In this document: piece by piece, positions 63,525-64,000 of the stretch
Layout: every line of letters begins with the position of its first letter
Position numbering within the stretch: position 1 is the stretch's first letter
Virus record (IMG/VR): IMGVR_UViG_3300036761_004198
DNA from: an uncultured virus (IMG/VR IMGVR_UViG_3300036761_004198)
Lineage: Duplodnaviria > Heunggongvirae > Uroviricota > Caudoviricetes
Direction: 5' to 3' (one strand)
Length of the DNA stretch: 64,000 nucleotides
The notes under the pieces: model-generated
The model's database searches: none
Told to the model about the DNA's origin: nothing
The model's input: only the letters and a program-made list of their open reading frames with translations
Position numbers and translations under genes: made by a program

Positions 63525-63740
63525 TTACTCGTTGCCCGCGTTGTCCACGTTGTCCACGTTGCTCTCGTTGACGAACGCGAGCACGCGCTTGCGATCCGGC
63601 GGCGTCAGCTGATCGAGGATCTTGGTGATCTTCGTGATCGCCTCGATCGCCGTCGGAGGCTTTACCTCGCGCTTACCGTTGCCGTTGGTCGAAGATCCGG
63701 GGGTGGTCGTCGTCTGTGCCGTCGTCTGTGCCTGTGCCAT
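63525..63740 (-). CDS. small hypothetical protein
   Basis: CAGGAG RBS before ATG 63740. Confidence 0.65.
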   Translation of the reverse strand: MAQAQTTAQTTTTPGSSTNGNGKREVKPPTAIEAITKITKILDQLTPPDRKRVLAFVNESNVDNVDNAGNE

Positions 63741-64000
63741 GGTGCTTGCTCCTGATTGGTTGTTGCTCGACGCCTCGACGAATGCCGTCAGGACGCCGTG
63801 AAGATCACGTGCACGATCGCTGCTGCGGCCCGCTGTGGGCCCTGACTGCATGAGTCCGTCAATGGCCTCGCGCAGCGCGATCGCCTCGTTGTGCCTCGCT
63901 GGTCGCATCGTACGCTTCGGGTTCCGTCGCCTCGCGGAACGAGAGACTGTCACGCGCGTCGACGCGATCGAGGAGGAAGATGAGCGCCTTGCGGATCCCC

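Larger units (their letters stand above)
1..64000. mobile_element. Part of a large phage or prophage genome (early/accessory arm plus replication arm); ends not in window
   Basis: Long runs of short co-oriented ORFs with 4-bp start/stop overlaps; phage-type replication cluster (PolA, primase-VapE, SNF2, Dda-like helicase, MTase); no housekeeping operons. No structural genes or integrase seen. Confidence 0.8.

Noticed and set aside
63541..63558. TTGTCCACG x2 as DnaA boxes
   Set aside because: Lies within a CDS and encodes NVDNVDN on the minus strand.
1..64000. Many long antisense or alternate-frame ORFs (e.g. 21384-22736 -, 45072-46442 +, 55683-57161 +)
   Set aside because: Typical high-GC shadow ORFs opposite well-supported genes, with no motifs. 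Only the nested MTase frame has independent motif support.
1..64000. tRNA, rRNA, CRISPR array, integrase, reverse transcriptase/DGR, IS transposase
   Set aside because: No supporting motifs found by manual reading; tRNAscan-SE and HMM searches would be needed to exclude them fully.

Overview
A 64-kb, high-GC segment that reads as part of a large phage or prophage, probably of a Myxococcota host (inferred from an eSTK/TPR/lipoprotein cassette, myxobacterial-type small proteins and sigma-54 promoters). No capsid, terminase, integrase, rRNA, tRNA or CRISPR was recognised. There are two convergent arms meeting at about 31972. The + arm (1-31971) is a dense chain of small, translationally coupled hypothetical genes with a GHKL-ATPase/zincin fusion, a membrane-anchored RuvA-C-terminal-domain protein, RuvB and a Ser/Thr kinase cassette. 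The - arm (31973-64000) is a replication and DNA-metabolism module: SNF2 helicase, Dda/RecD-like helicase, UDG-like protein, family A DNA polymerase, nucleotidase, DEDDh exonuclease, two IetA-like AAA ATPases, a C5 methyltransferase with a nested alternate-frame gene, a PD-(D/E)xK nuclease, a primase-VapE helicase, a TylF methyltransferase and a sigma-70 region-4-like regulator. The best candidate for a new system is a three-promoter sigma-54-type regulon with identical geometry (YGGGT-N8-ACCCR palindrome, IHF-like site, GG-N10-GC at +54 bp). It drives a transmembrane RuvA-domain-III protein, a RuvB with no intact ruvA or ruvC in the window, and the operon starting at 701. All family assignments come from motif recognition by eye, not from database searches.
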